From contig MU058636.1 of assembly GCA_013265495.1 (NCBI GenBank), forward strand, positions 8,076,295 to 8,140,294: a stretch of DNA of 64,000 bases, in the 5' to 3' direction. A program made the position numbers and the translations under genes. Below the pieces are notes generated by a model, which ran no database searches, was not told the DNA's origin, and saw nothing but the letters and a program-made list of their open reading frames with translations. This stretch comes from Vicugna vicugna (Eukaryota). Below are positions 25,122-37,657 of this stretch, in pieces (position 1 is the first letter of the stretch; each line of letters starts with the position of its first letter).

Positions 25122-27509
25122 CTGTAAAAAGTAAATAGTGTATTTGGTAATATTAGTTATTTTCACATAAAAAATGACGTAATACATAAAACATTCTAAT
25201 TCAGTGTTTAAATGTGTTTTATTTTCTAAAACAGGTCTAACATTTTTCTTTATTTCTCTCCTCCACCCACTCCATCATATGCTCAACATATATTACAAAG
25301 AAAAAATACAGCAGTCTCAGGCATTTGATTATGATGACACATTAGATAAGAAATGCTACAATGATCTTCTCTGGCCATGCTTGTGCCACTGATACTGGGC
25401 CAAGGGTTGGAATTATGATAACTACTACCATTTTATAACTTCAACATTTAAGAGCACCATTCAGGAAAACACACTGGCCATCAGGAATACAATTAAAGTG
25501 AAGCAAAGACTAAACTCCCTTAATCTGCTATGAATCCTGAAAATCTGACAGGGGAGTGTCTGGCTGGCTGCTATGCTGGTACCTAATATCAACTTAGAAA
25601 TTCCTATTATAATATAAAGAAAGTATAATACCATCTTTCTAGGTAAGGGCCTAGTAGAAATCAATAAATGATGGCTATCCTTACCATCTTTCAATGAATT
25701 TAAGATACCGTCAATTATATGCCTGAATTATTATTTTAGATAACATTAAGAAAGAAAAATGTGCTGCCAATTATAATTGTAAGATGTCACTGATTGCAGA
25801 CACACTATCAATTCAGTAATTAAAATGCGAAAGCAAATGCATCTTAGAACTGATAAAAAACACAGTAGTATTATTATATGTACAATTTGAGATCTACTAG
25901 TAGGTCCCCATTTTTCACTCATTCATTTCTTAGAGACCCTTATTATAAGGCAAGAGAGAGAAGTAAGATTAACTCTATCTTCCTCATTTGGATAGCATTC
26001 TTTTGTAATGATACCTAAGAATAAAAAATACTAGCTATTTTAAAAAATTAAGCAAATACACCACCAATAATTTTTCTTTCTAGTTTTGTGGTTTGGGTAT
26101 CACACAGAGTTATATTTTTCACTTATAATGACAGTCATTTGTAATTTCATTGAGAGGCACAGAACTTTCATTTTTTATTTACAAGAACATGTTTCTGTTT
26201 TAATTTGCAGACTCTAATAATTCAATCTACCAAATTGCATGGAGTAAAATTCCTGACACCCACCAAAATCCCAGGAAGGTAGGGGGAAGAGTATCAAACA
26301 TCTAAATGCAGTAAGTAAAAAAAAAAGTCTGAAATATGCCATTTTTTAAAAGGTTGTTAAAATAAATTTGTACCAATTTAATTTATTAAAAAATCTTATG
26401 GGCAGATTCCCAATGAAACTAGTTCCCAGGATTCAAGATGAGATTCTTGAGTATAAACTATTTTCCATCACAAAAACATAACTTTGCATATATACTCTTG
26501 ACAAACACACAAGAGTTTTAATTATTTTGCCCATAAAGCCTTAAAGTAAGTTTTATCAAAAAATTATAAAAAATAAATGTAATAAATGATATACATTTAT
26601 GCAATCAAATGTATACACTAGGACAATTCCAAACAGCCAGCCTTCTCAAGAAAATATTTCATCTTCTGAAATCAAAATTTTAAAAGGTCTAGTGAGATGT
26701 ACTTGCATACATAAAACACTAGCATCATTTATTCACCGTTGCGTTCAAATACTCAAGAGGGAAGTGCTTAGCCAATATAAAGGCAAAATAAAAGGCAGAG
26801 GTCAGAACCCAACTGTGACAACTCCACTGTTCTCTAACAGGGCAAGGGTAGACAGGCAAGATCCCAAGAAAAGATTTCTGAGGTTTAGTCAACATGGTGC
26901 TTGGTATTTGTTTATTCTCTCACTGTCAAATACTGTTGAATCTTTAGAATACCAGAAAGTGATTTTTTTTTCCTCCTTTGTCTTTAATTCTTAAATGGCA
27001 AAAGTTAACTGCACAGCCCTAAGCGTGCTTAGTGACTGTATGTGGTGAGCAGACATGTGCCATTAGAAGGCTAACATTAATGCTGCTTAAATGCTTAAAT
27101 ATTATTTGCAGTAAGCAGGTTACATTTGTTTAAAAATTTTTTAAAAATCTAAATTAAGAGAACTTTAAAATACCTGTGAGAAATCTGTGGCCCCCAAAAC
27201 TATATTTATACCCATCCTTCTTGCCAATGTTTTGGACTATGGTAAAGTAGGCATTAGTAATTATTTTTTAATACTTCAGAAAAATAAGGACAGATACATT
27301 ATCTGTGTAACCTGGATATAATGTAGCACTGAATTAAGAGATGAGCGCTCTATTTTGTAAAGATATTGTATGTGATTGCTAAGTAATCTCCCAGTTAGGG
27401 TAACTTGGGGAGCTTACAAGAATATTTCTGTATCATACAGATATTTTCATCTAAATGAAGGAAAAGAACAGTCTAACAACAGATACTAACATACTTTGCT
27501 GCAGCTTAC

Positions 27510-27605
27510 CATTGTGGTATGAAATAGGGGTCCAAAAAGGAGAAAACTTATGGGTGTTGATGAAGTGGGGTGAAAATCATATCTTTAGAAATCAATCTTA
27601 GAGTA
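27510..27605 (-). CDS. SUPT20H: SUPT20H exon 2 (5' UTR ending in the initiator ATG at 27512-27510)
   Basis: ttttgcttttacag|TACTC...ACCACAATG|gtaagc; ATG joins phase 0 to QQALE. Confidence 0.88.
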
Positions 27606-28089
27606 CTGTAAAAGCAAAAACAACAAAACCTCTATTTTAACATAAATCTATTAAGAGAGATGAAATTGCTTAGTAACTGACAAGGAAAACTATTTCAGAC
27701 ACATTTCTAACACCATTTTAAAAATAACAATAAAATTTACATATCACAATTTATTCACTCATTAAAAAGTACAGTTTTAACTAGGTATGGCAAAATACAG
27801 TTTGCAAGTTAAAATCATTATTCAGTTTCTTAAAAATATTTAACATCCAGGAGAGAAAATAATGTTTTTTATTTCTTCTGTTATCACAGTTGTTGCTCTC
27901 ATTGTTACTCTGGATTATTTCAACAGCCTGTCCCGTGGCCTTGGTTACTATACAGGTCACTTTACAAATCATACATTTCATCATACCTGCTGATAGAAGT
28001 CCTCTAATAGTCCTCCAAATGCCCCAGGCTACATTTTCCAAGGCAGCTTCAGTCTTTCCAACCTTTCCCCTCCTCAAGCAAACAAGAAA

Positions 28090-28270
28090 CACTCCTCTAA
28101 CACACAAGTTCTCATCCAAGCTGCACCACAGAGTAGCCTTGGGAACCTTTAAAAAGTGGGATCCACCCTCCAGAGATTCTGATTAACTGGTCTGGAGTAG
28201 GGCCCAGGGATCAGCATTTTTGGAGATCCCTAGATGATTCTAAGGTGCTGCCAAGTTGAAGTCCACTGCT
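28090..28270. mobile_element. MER5A-like hAT element
   Basis: ccagagattctgattaactggtctggagtagggccc...gatgattct. Confidence 0.7.
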
Positions 28271-29329
28271 ATATCCTCTCTGCCTCCCAGAGGTGGTATA
28301 TGTTTGCTGAGAGTGATGCTAAATAAAACTTATTTTTAATCAAATTCTTTACCTAACTCCTTGTAACCACCCGTGTGTCTATACACAGCTGAGCACATCT
28401 TTAAGTGACAGAAAACAGTATTTTCCGTGTAAAATTGTTTTCGTTTATTTTCGGCGAGCCCAAAGCTTCAATTTTGCCAGTTCAGGTTTGAAAAAAAAAG
28501 GGGGGGGAGGTGGTGGAGAAAACAGGAAAAAAACCCACAAACCACCAAAAATGACGAATGATCATTTAAAAAATGGATAGGACATTCATCCTACTCTAGA
28601 AGAGTTCGTGGGAGATTTGAAGTGAATTTAAGTAGAGGTGAAATTTTTCTGACCACTATGAAAGATGAGGATACACTAGGTACAGACAAAATGTAATCAC
28701 TTTAAAATTAGATCTCTTGCCACTAAATTGCAGGGGATGGGGAGAGGAAGGCTTAGTGACTTTAAGTACTACAAAACCCAACGTATACCACTTACAAACC
28801 AAACATTCTGAATGTATACAGAATTTATTAGAATCCTGTGAGAAAACCTTTGTAATTATCGTCTCCATTTTACAGAATGATGCTCTCTTAACAAGTGACT
28901 TTCCCAAGATCACACAACTAGGCCAGAATTCAGACCTCTCAATTTTTCACCTTAAGATTCTACTAAATCTTACAACCTTCAGACTACTCAATTCAGCATC
29001 CGTTTTTAGAATCTCAAAAGCAAAGCATTTAAAGTAAGGACCCGATTCTGCTTAGACTAATAAAGTTTTTCCTTAATTTTGATCTAATTTTACATCATGG
29101 TTATCACGCATCGTACACCGCACTCAACCTGCCTCCGAAAATCACGCTAATAATGTTTTCTATTTTGAGTCTGCCAGGGACTTGAATGTACTGTACTCAG
29201 AAAATGCAGCCCCGCCCCTGCGGTGGACATCAGAGACGGCTTCCAGGGGCAGCTATTCGCCAAGTTCATTTCTGAAATCCTAGGAACCACGGCGAGTACC
29301 AGTAACCAACCCGATTTTAAACGTCGCCA

Positions 29330-30200
29330 TCAATCGCACTGATTTCCCTGACCGACTGAGTTCCAACTGCTCAAGCTTTCGTTAAGAACTTCGGCTTTAC
29401 CTGAAAAACGCCCAACCGCACGGCGGAGCGACCAGCCTTTATTCAATATGGACACCGAGAAACCCGCCCCAGCAGAAGCGCTACGCGAAATTTTGCGAGT
29501 TACCGGAAATACCTGTAACTGGAACCCTAAAGTCAAAGCTAAAATGAGAAGCCTGCCTTGGCAGCACAGCGAGACGCAACGGAGGCGACCGCAGGGAGGG
29601 AGCTGGCTCGGCCCAGCCCGCCGCCGCGTCTCTGGAGACGCCGTCTTCCTCCCACGGCCGCCGGGCCCCGGAAAGGCGCGAAAAGCCACTTGGGAAGCCT
29701 CTCGCTCACCTCTGACCCCGCCCCGAATCTCGCGCGCCTTCCCCGCCCTCCGCGGGCGCGCCACTCCCACCCGCCACCACCCACCTGTGCGGGCCCTCGG
29801 CCGCCCCATGATTGCGCCGCTGCCTTGGCTGTAATGCGACGTGCCGAGCTCGGCTCGGCGCCGCAGACTGCGCGCCCGCCCGCCGCTCGCTCCGCAAGCC
29901 CCCTCGGCCGCGTTGCGCCGCAGCCCCGCCGACCGCCTGTTCCGGCTCCCGCACTTCCGACTGGCGCGCTGGGCGGGGCGGGCGGGCGGCCGGCCGCGGG
30001 CGGAAGTGGTGGATCTGGGAAGGCGGGGCCGCGGCCAGGAGGTTCGATGCCTGGACCCTCCCGCCTGGGGCTGGTCCCCGCGAGGCCCGTCTGGACTCAG
30101 GCCCGGTGGCGGGGCGAGGCCCACGAGCGCCTTCGCTGGCCCGGCGTCCAGGTCCGTAAAATGCGAGGTAGCGTGTGGCTGTTATTTCGGGGGTAGGGAG
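29330..30200. promoter_or_regulatory. CpG-island promoter of SUPT20H
   Basis: Very GC- and CpG-rich against an AT-rich background; ETS motifs CACTTCCG 29952-29959 and CGGAAGTG 30001-30008; tandem GGGCGG boxes ~29971-29990; no TATA box seen. Confidence 0.92.
29710..29950 (-). other. SUPT20H: SUPT20H exon 1 (5' UTR); 5' end approximate
   Basis: Strong donor GAG|GTGAGC at 29710/29709 inside the CpG island, downstream of ETS and GC-box motifs. Confidence 0.75.
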
Positions 30201-30990
30201 CCCTGTTGAATTCCTACAGTGAAAGAAACTTGGAAGGAGCTTTCCTTGTTGCCCAGCCCCTCCTCATGGAAGGAAGGGAACACCGTTCCCGCATTTACTA
30301 GTCCAAGTCTCGCAGCCTATGCTAGTGTGTCTGTCAGGTGCCAATGAATTTAATGTTAACAAAACAAAACACCTCAGTGAAGAATTATAAAAATTTTGAA
30401 ACGGAGTAACCAGCGCACTTTGCAATGTCTGAGTGTAATTCTGCACCTTTAAGCAACTTTGGTCGTGGTGTTATAAACTTTTTAAAAATTATCGTTGAGG
30501 TGAAACTCACAGAACGTAAAATGAGACATTTTAAAGTGAACAATTAAGTAATGTTTAGTACATTTACAGTGTTGTGAAACCCATCCATGCTATCTAGCTC
30601 CAAAACATCTTCATTATCTCTGTTAAGCTATTACACTCTGTTCTTCCCTTTCCTAGACCCTAGTCAACACCAATTGCATTCAGACGCTATGGATTTACCT
30701 AATCTGGATATTCCATGTAAATAGAATATGTGACCTTTTTGTGTCTGTCTGCTTTCACTTAACATAATGTTTTCCAGGTTCATCCACCTTACAGCACGTA
30801 TCAGTACTTCATTATTTTTTATGGCTAATATTCTGTCTTATTGTATGTATATACCACAATTTTATCCATCTGTCCATCGATGAACATTTGGGTTGTTTAC
30901 ACCTTTGGGTCACCGTAAATAGTACTGGTATGAATATTTCTGTGGAGCTATTTGCTTCAGTGGGTGTTTTCAATTCTTCTGGGTGTATAC

Positions 30991-31448
30991 TGTTAAAGAA
31001 AACCAGACTCTGACAGTAACTCAAGGAGTAAAAACAGATTTTATTCAGGAAGTGTTGCAATAGGGAAAAGACACCTCAGTATAGAACTGGGCTCAGTTAC
31101 AAAACAGCATAAGCAAGAGGAGATTTATAGCAAAGGAGCCGGATGAAGGGCAGGGGAAAGTGGGGAGGATTGAATGGAAGTTTCCTAAAAGGAAATACCA
31201 GGTGTAAGGGCTAAATTCTGGCCAAACCAGCTGGACAGGATTCTTAACTGAAGGCAGACCAGGGTGATCAGATATTAAAGATGGGGGATGAAGAATTTCT
31301 TCAGATATCCAGATAGGGGTTCTCTTTTATCTGACCTAGCTGGATTCTTGCTACCACTGGTTGATGCCACAAGACAAATGCCAAAGTAGATGCTGAGAGG
31401 GCTTAGAGGAGCCTGACTAAAGTTAAGTCAAGGAGACAGTCTTTGTCA
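30991..31448 (-). mobile_element. ERV1 solo LTR (MER39-like)
   Basis: Minus strand begins TGACAAAGACTGTCTCCTTGAC; TG/CA ends; related to 36106-36559. Confidence 0.75.
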
Positions 31449-31987
31449 GTAACCAGGAGTGGAATTGCTGGGTCAAATGGTACCTTTCTGCTTGCATATT
31501 TGTGGAATCAAACTGTTTTCCACAGTGGCTGAGACATTTTACATACTGACAGAAACATATGCCAGTTTCGATTTCTCCATATCCTCCACATTTGTTTGTT
31601 TTTGATTGTAACCATCCTAGCAGGTATGAAGTGCTATCTCATTGGGGTTTTGATTTGCATTTCCCTGATGGCTACTGATATTGATTGGCCATTTGTAGAT
31701 ATTCTTTGGAGAAATGTCGATTCAAGTCGTTTGCCTGTTTTTAAATTGGGTTGTTTGTCTTTTTGTTGTTTAAGTAATAAGTTCTTTATGTATTCTGGAT
31801 ACTAGACCTTTATCACATGCATGATTTACAAATATTTTCTCCCATTCTGTGAGTGGTCTTCACTTTCTTGCTAATGTTTTCTTGATATACAAACTTAAAT
31901 TTTTGATGAAGTCTAATTTATTTTTTCTGTTGTGGATTGTGATTTTGGTGTCTAAGAATTCATCGCCAAATCTAAGGTCATAAGAAT

Positions 31988-32415
31988 TGATGAAAACCAA
32001 ATGCTGTACTTTGAGTAAAACATAGCAGCAGGATTAGTTTATTACAAGAGTTTCAACCTGCAAGCCAAGCAACACAAGGCTGTGGGAGCAGTGAGTTCTG
32101 AGTTGCTCACAGACTAAAGGGTTTTTATTGGGTAAATGAAGAAGTAATTTGGCTTTTTCAGCTGATTTTGCCTAGTGGTCTTCCTTATTTGGATCAGGGT
32201 AGTTGTGTCAGGGGAACAAGGAAGTCCGAAGGTGGCATGAACAGACTTGGTCTTTGGGGATTGACTGGTGTCTTCAGCTGATTTCTGAGAAGAGCTGCAA
32301 ATTCCTCCAACTTACATTAGGTAAGGCTAAGTTTTGTTTTTCTTTATTGCATGTGTGTTGTCCAACTCCATTTTGTCCCCAATACAAGTGACTCCATTTT
32401 CGTTTTGGTTCTACA
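31988..32415 (-). mobile_element. ERV1 solo LTR
   Basis: TG...CA with perfect 4-bp TSD gaat (31984-31987 / 32416-32419). Confidence 0.75.
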
Positions 32416-33059
32416 GAATTTACCCGTTTTCTTCTAAGAGTTTTACAGTTTTAGCGCTTATATTTAAGTCATTGATCCATTTTGAGTTAATTTTTGTATA
32501 CACTGTATGGTAGGCATTCTATTTCATTCTTTCACATGTTGTCCCAGAACCATCTGTTGAAGAGAATAATCTTATCCCCAGTGAATGGACTTGACATCCT
32601 TGTCAAAACTCAATTTGCCGTAGATGTATGGGTTTTTTGGGGGGACTGCTAATTCTGTTCCACTGGTCTATATGTCTGTCCTGTGCCAGTGCCACACTGT
32701 AGCTTTGTACTCATGTTGAAATTGGGAGGTGTTAAGTCCTACAGTTTTTGTTCTTGTTTTCCAATATTGTTTTGGCTATTTAAGCCCCCTTGCAATTTTG
32801 TATTAATTTGAGGATCAGCTTTTTCCATTTTTGCAAAAGAGGCACCTGGGATTTTAATAGGGATTGTGTTGAATTAATAGATCACTTTGAGAAGTATTGT
32901 TGTCTTAAAATATTAAGTCCTCCAATCCATGAACATGGTGTCTTTCCATTTATTTAGGTCTTCTGTAATTTCTTTTAGCAATCTTCCGTAGTTTTCAGTA
33001 TACAAGTCTTTTGTCTCCTTAGTTAATTTATTCCTATGCACTTTTTTTTTTTTGAATGC

Positions 33060-33374
33060 TATCTTAGTTTGCTCGGGGCTGCTGTAACAAAATGCCACAG
33101 ACTGGGTGCCTTAAACAACAGAAATTTCTTTCTCACAGTCCTGGAACCTGGAAATTCCAAGATCAAGGTGCTGACAGATTTGGTTTCTGGTAAGAGTTCT
33201 CTTCCTGGCTTGTTGACAGCTGCATTCTCTCGGTGTCCACATAGTGGTGAAAGAGAAAAGGATTTCTGGTGTCTCTTCTTATTAGAATACTAGGCCTTCT
33301 CTCCAAAAACAAGCATGTTGGAGGATAGGGCTCCAACATATGAATTTTGGGGGAACGTAATTCGGTCTAGAGCA
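33060..33374 (-). mobile_element. MaLR LTR (MLT1A-like)
   Basis: gctgctgtaacaaaatgccacagactggg...; perfect 5-bp TSD aatgc. Confidence 0.85.
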
Positions 33375-33508
33375 AATGCTATTGTAAATGAAATTGCTAC
33401 TTAATTTCCTTTTCCAGTTATTCATTGTTGGTGTATCAAAAAGCAACTGATTTTTGAGTATTGATTTGTACTTTGAAAACTTGCCAGATTTGTTTTTAGT
33501 GCTAACAG

Positions 33509-33570
33509 GTGTGTGTGTGTGTATGTGCGCGTGTGCGTGTGTGTGCTCGCGCTCGCGTGCGTGCATGCAT
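33509..33570. repeat. (GT)n/(GC)n alternating purine-pyrimidine microsatellite
   Basis: gtgtgtgtgtgtgtatgtgcgcgtgtgcgtgtgtgtgctcgcgctcgcgtgcgtgcatgc. Confidence 0.85.
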
Positions 33571-35151
33571 GTTTTATGTAGGTTTCTGTATATAGGATCA
33601 TGTCATCTGTTAACTGAGATAGTTTTACTAATTCCTTTCAATTTGGTTGCCTTTTATTGCCTTTCCTTGCCTAATTGCTCTGGCTAGAGTCATTCCTTCA
33701 TTTTAAGGAACTGGTTCACGCAGTTCTAGAGGCTGACAAGTGTGAAATCCGTAGGGCAGGATGGTAGGATGAAAACATCCTAGCTTCTCTTCCAGTTCCC
33801 TTGTCCTGTTCCTCCCTCCCTCAATTGATAACCATTATAGTTTAGCTTTTTTTTTCTTTATTCTGCCATTTTAACATAGTATACAGTATAATATGGATAT
33901 AGATAAATATTTGTGTCTCCTATTACTAATACTAATGGAAACTAATAAATAAAGAGATGGAATTAAGCATTTATCCTGTTTTTGTAATTCACAGTGCCTC
34001 AAGGGATTCAATTAATAAATGAGTGGAAATTTCTTTTTAAAGAAGAATAAAAGCTAATAAATGCAGAAAGATTGATAGATTTTTTTCACCATTTTGAAAC
34101 TCCAAATGATTTAAGGCATCTACGTATTGATTGACTCACATCACTTAAAGAGAAACGACAAGACACTACATTCCTCCTGACAGCTGTACATAGAACTAGC
34201 TAGGAAGGAGTCTTGAAAAAAGTTCAGTCATGCCTCTTTGTATCTAACTAGTTATTTACCCCCCCCAAAAAAGACAAAGGAACATGTTAAATGACATTAC
34301 AGTCAGCAAGATCCAGAGTACAGGAAATTCTACAGTATATATAATAGTGTTTCCTCACAAATGTATCAAATGGAAAAGAGAGAGGGATGGGAGAACCTAC
34401 AGATTAAAGAAATTGTTGAAAAAACTACAAAAATCGAGAATATAGAAATTTGAACACTGATTACATATTCAAAAACATTAAGGAATTACTGCTATTTTTC
34501 AGTTGTGATAATGGTACTGTGGCTTTTTTTTTTAAAGGAATCTTTATTCTTTAAAGATATAGCCTGCAGGGATAAATATGGAAATGTTTATAGATGAAAA
34601 GTTATGTTTCAGGTGTGCTTCCAAATAATTTGTAAGGATAAGAGTGGGGAAATGGGTGTGGGTTTAGGTAAATCAGCATTAGCCATGAATTGATCATTGT
34701 TGAGGCTGGTGGGTGGGAGGCCATTGCATCCTTTTTTTCTACTTTTGTGCATCTTTGAAAATTTTCAGAATATTTATTATGGGCCCACCTTAGATACCTT
34801 ATTTCTCTCCCTATAGTCAACCACTGTTAACAGTATGTTTATTTAACTTTCCACTACTTCTCTGTGTGTATACAAGTCTTTATGTGTGTGTAGGCATAAT
34901 CATGGATATATATCTTTTTGATTTTCATATGAATAGAAAAAGAGCATACATGTCTATATGGTTTTCCTTCTTGACAATTGGAAATCTTTTCATATCCACA
35001 CACACAGATGTACCACATCTGTCTTGCATGTGCAGTCATTCTGTTGGATGATTATACCATAGTTTGTTTAAGCAAGGCTTCTATTGTGGACATGTACAAA
35101 GTTCCTATTACATAGTTTTGCTATTACAAAGAGTAGTATACTGAATATCTT

Positions 35152-35196
35152 TATATATAAGATATATATATATATATATCATATATATATATATAT
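35152..35196. repeat. (TA)n microsatellite, interrupted
   Basis: Visible directly. Confidence 0.85.
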
Positions 35197-36105
35197 GAGA
35201 GTCTATCTGTAGAATATATTGTTAGTAGAAGTAGTAGAATTCCTGCATCCAAGGGTTTAGCACTTAAAATTTTGCTACATCATACTGTTGCAGAGTGTTT
35301 CTTTAAGAATTTATATCAACACTTCCAAGAGTATCTCTTTCTTCTGTCACTGAAACTGTGTATTATTAAACTCCTTGATCCTGCCAGGCCATGTGAAAGT
35401 ATGATTTTGTTCAATTTCACATTTCTTTAATTGTGAGTGAAGATGAACATCTTTTCATGCATTTATAACCTCCCTTCCACCTCCCCACCTTATGTTGCCT
35501 TACGTGTTTCTGCTTAAGTGTCATAGTGAGAGAGAATCACTAACCTTTCTTCCCTACTATCCTTCTATGCCTGGGGTCAGTGCTCCAGCTCTGGACTCCT
35601 TGACTTCCTGTGTCTTCTTCTGTCAGCACTTACACTGGAAAGTAACCATCTTTCTCCTTTGCTGGATCTTGAGCACCCTAAGGTTAAGACCATATTTCTT
35701 AAGTCTGCTTCGAGCATCTGGCAGGTTGTTTGGTACTGAGAAGTGCCTGATAAAAAGAATCAACTAGTAAAAGGTTGATAAACTGCCTTATACCATTAAC
35801 CTTCAAATTATCACAATAGCAGCAAAAACTCATTTGTTGTTTACACTAAGTAATTCATTTAATCCTCATAGGAACCATACAAGGTTTTTTTAATCCCCAT
35901 TCTATAGATGGAAAACTGAGGCTGATACTTAGCAGAACTGGGTTTTGAGTCTCCAGGCTGTTGACTTTGGAGATAATGATCTTAATTACAAAAGTTATAC
36001 CTCTACCCATAGAATAATGTTTATTGAGCACAATTCTCAATGCTTGATATGTATCCTTTCCTATAATTCTCACAGCCCTGTGAGTTATTAAATAGTACCT
36101 AACAG

Positions 36106-36559
36106 TGACAGACTCTCTCCTTGACCAAACGTTAGTCAGACTCCTCTGAGCCCTCCTCTCCACTAGGCCTTGACCTTGCTCTCTCCTGCCACCCCCTTCC
36201 ACTTGCTGTCCTTACATTTCACAGTTTTAGCAAGAATCTTGCTAAGTCATTTTAGAGAGAATCCTTGACCCTTGACTTTTGGATGACTCTGGTCTACCTT
36301 CAGCAAGAATCTTGTTAAGTTGGTTTAGCAAGAATTCTCTTATTTTTGATGTCTCCTCTTAGTAATTTTCCATTCCATGACCACTCCCTCTCACAGTCTG
36401 CTCCTTGGTGATAAATCCCCACTTTTTCTTACTGTGTTTGGGGTTGAGCCCCGTCTCTGTCCCCTGTTGTGAGTCTTGACACCTACACCTATTAGAGTAA
36501 TCCAGAATGAAGTCTGCTTTACAGTTTTAACAAGTGTCTGAATGACTTTTTCTTTAATG
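36106..36559 (+). mobile_element. ERV1 solo LTR (MER39-like)
   Basis: tgacagactctctccttgaccaaacgttagtcag...; 4-bp TSD acag. Confidence 0.75.
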
Positions 36560-37603
36560 ACAGTTATTGAGCAAGTACCATGCCTTGTTCTAAGGGCTTT
36601 ACATTTAACATTCACAACAGCTATGGGGGAAAGTGCTTTTATTATTCCCACCTTGCAGACGAAGAAGATGAGACTTGAAAGAGTTTAAGTAAATTGTCCA
36701 GGTCACACAGCTAAGAGAATCCCAGGGCTGTGAGTGAGTCTCTGCATCGTGCTTTCTACAAATGCTCTTTCCCTTCCACCAGTGACCAGCAGTGGTGGTG
36801 CTGGAGGTGTGTCCATATCTGGCTATTTGGTACTTGTGATGTAGGTTCCTCATCAGGGGCTTCACAATTCTTCCCTGGTTGCTGTCAGGGCTGCTCCCCA
36901 TCCCCCCGCCCCATTAGTGTGTCCCAGATTTTAGAATTGAAGACTTGACTCTGGCTGTGTTCTGAGTGGGAATTATTTTCTTGAGTGTCACTTCCTCCCT
37001 CTTTTCCAAATGCTTGGCTCCACAGCTGCTTTTCTGGCCCAGGCTGCTCCTCACAGGATTCAGGGAGAGGGGAGGATGAGTGCAGGGAGAAGGTGGCTGC
37101 AGCAGTACTGGAGGGGGACACACCTGCAGGCTTAAGGACTGCTGTCCTGCCAGTGTGCTGGCTGTGACAGTGGCAGCAGGGATGCCCAGCAGGCAGCGCC
37201 TTCTCTCCTGCCTGTCTCCCCGTTGCTTAGCTACTTTCCACACTTTCAGAACACAGATCATGCTCTATCCCTGCTGTTAAATTTTTCCAGAGAGCCCCCA
37301 GTGTCCACAAAATAATGTCTGCATCCTTACCATGATAGTAAGGCCCTCCACAGTCTGATTCCACCCATGTGTCCAGGCTGAGTCCTTCACGATAACTCCT
37401 TTTACACGCTGGTGTCTTACTAGCTGTACCCTCCTATCTCATTATGAAATACCATTTCTCTCTCTCTGTCTCTCACAATTGTATTTTACCTGGCATTTTC
37501 GTCTTCAGTAATTTTTCTGCTAATATTACATTGCCTTATAGGGCACATAACGTTATCACCTCTGACACTTTCTGGGATTCCCCTAGTTGGAATTAGTTTT
37601 TCT

Positions 37604-37657
37604 TTTTTTTTCCCCTTTATTTTAATGCACGTATAGTTGATTGTATCCGTTTCCAGT
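37604..37657 (-). mobile_element. 54-bp 5'-truncated L1 3' tail with perfect 18-bp TSD
   Basis: gttggaattagtttttct at 37586-37603 and 37658-37675; insert reverse complement has aatcaactatac...aataaa, like the L1 end at ~39.75 kb. Confidence 0.8.

Larger units (their letters stand above)
30490..33690 (-). mobile_element. Old L1 (L1MB-like) 3' portion interrupted by three LTRs
   Basis: Reverse-strand L1 ORF2 and 3' UTR motifs resume after each LTR. Confidence 0.85.

Noticed and set aside
29330..30209. Overlapping long ORFs (264, 212, 128, 122 aa and others) on both strands
   Set aside because: Expected from stop-codon depletion in a CpG island; low-complexity R/G/A/P content, and they run across the exon-1 donor
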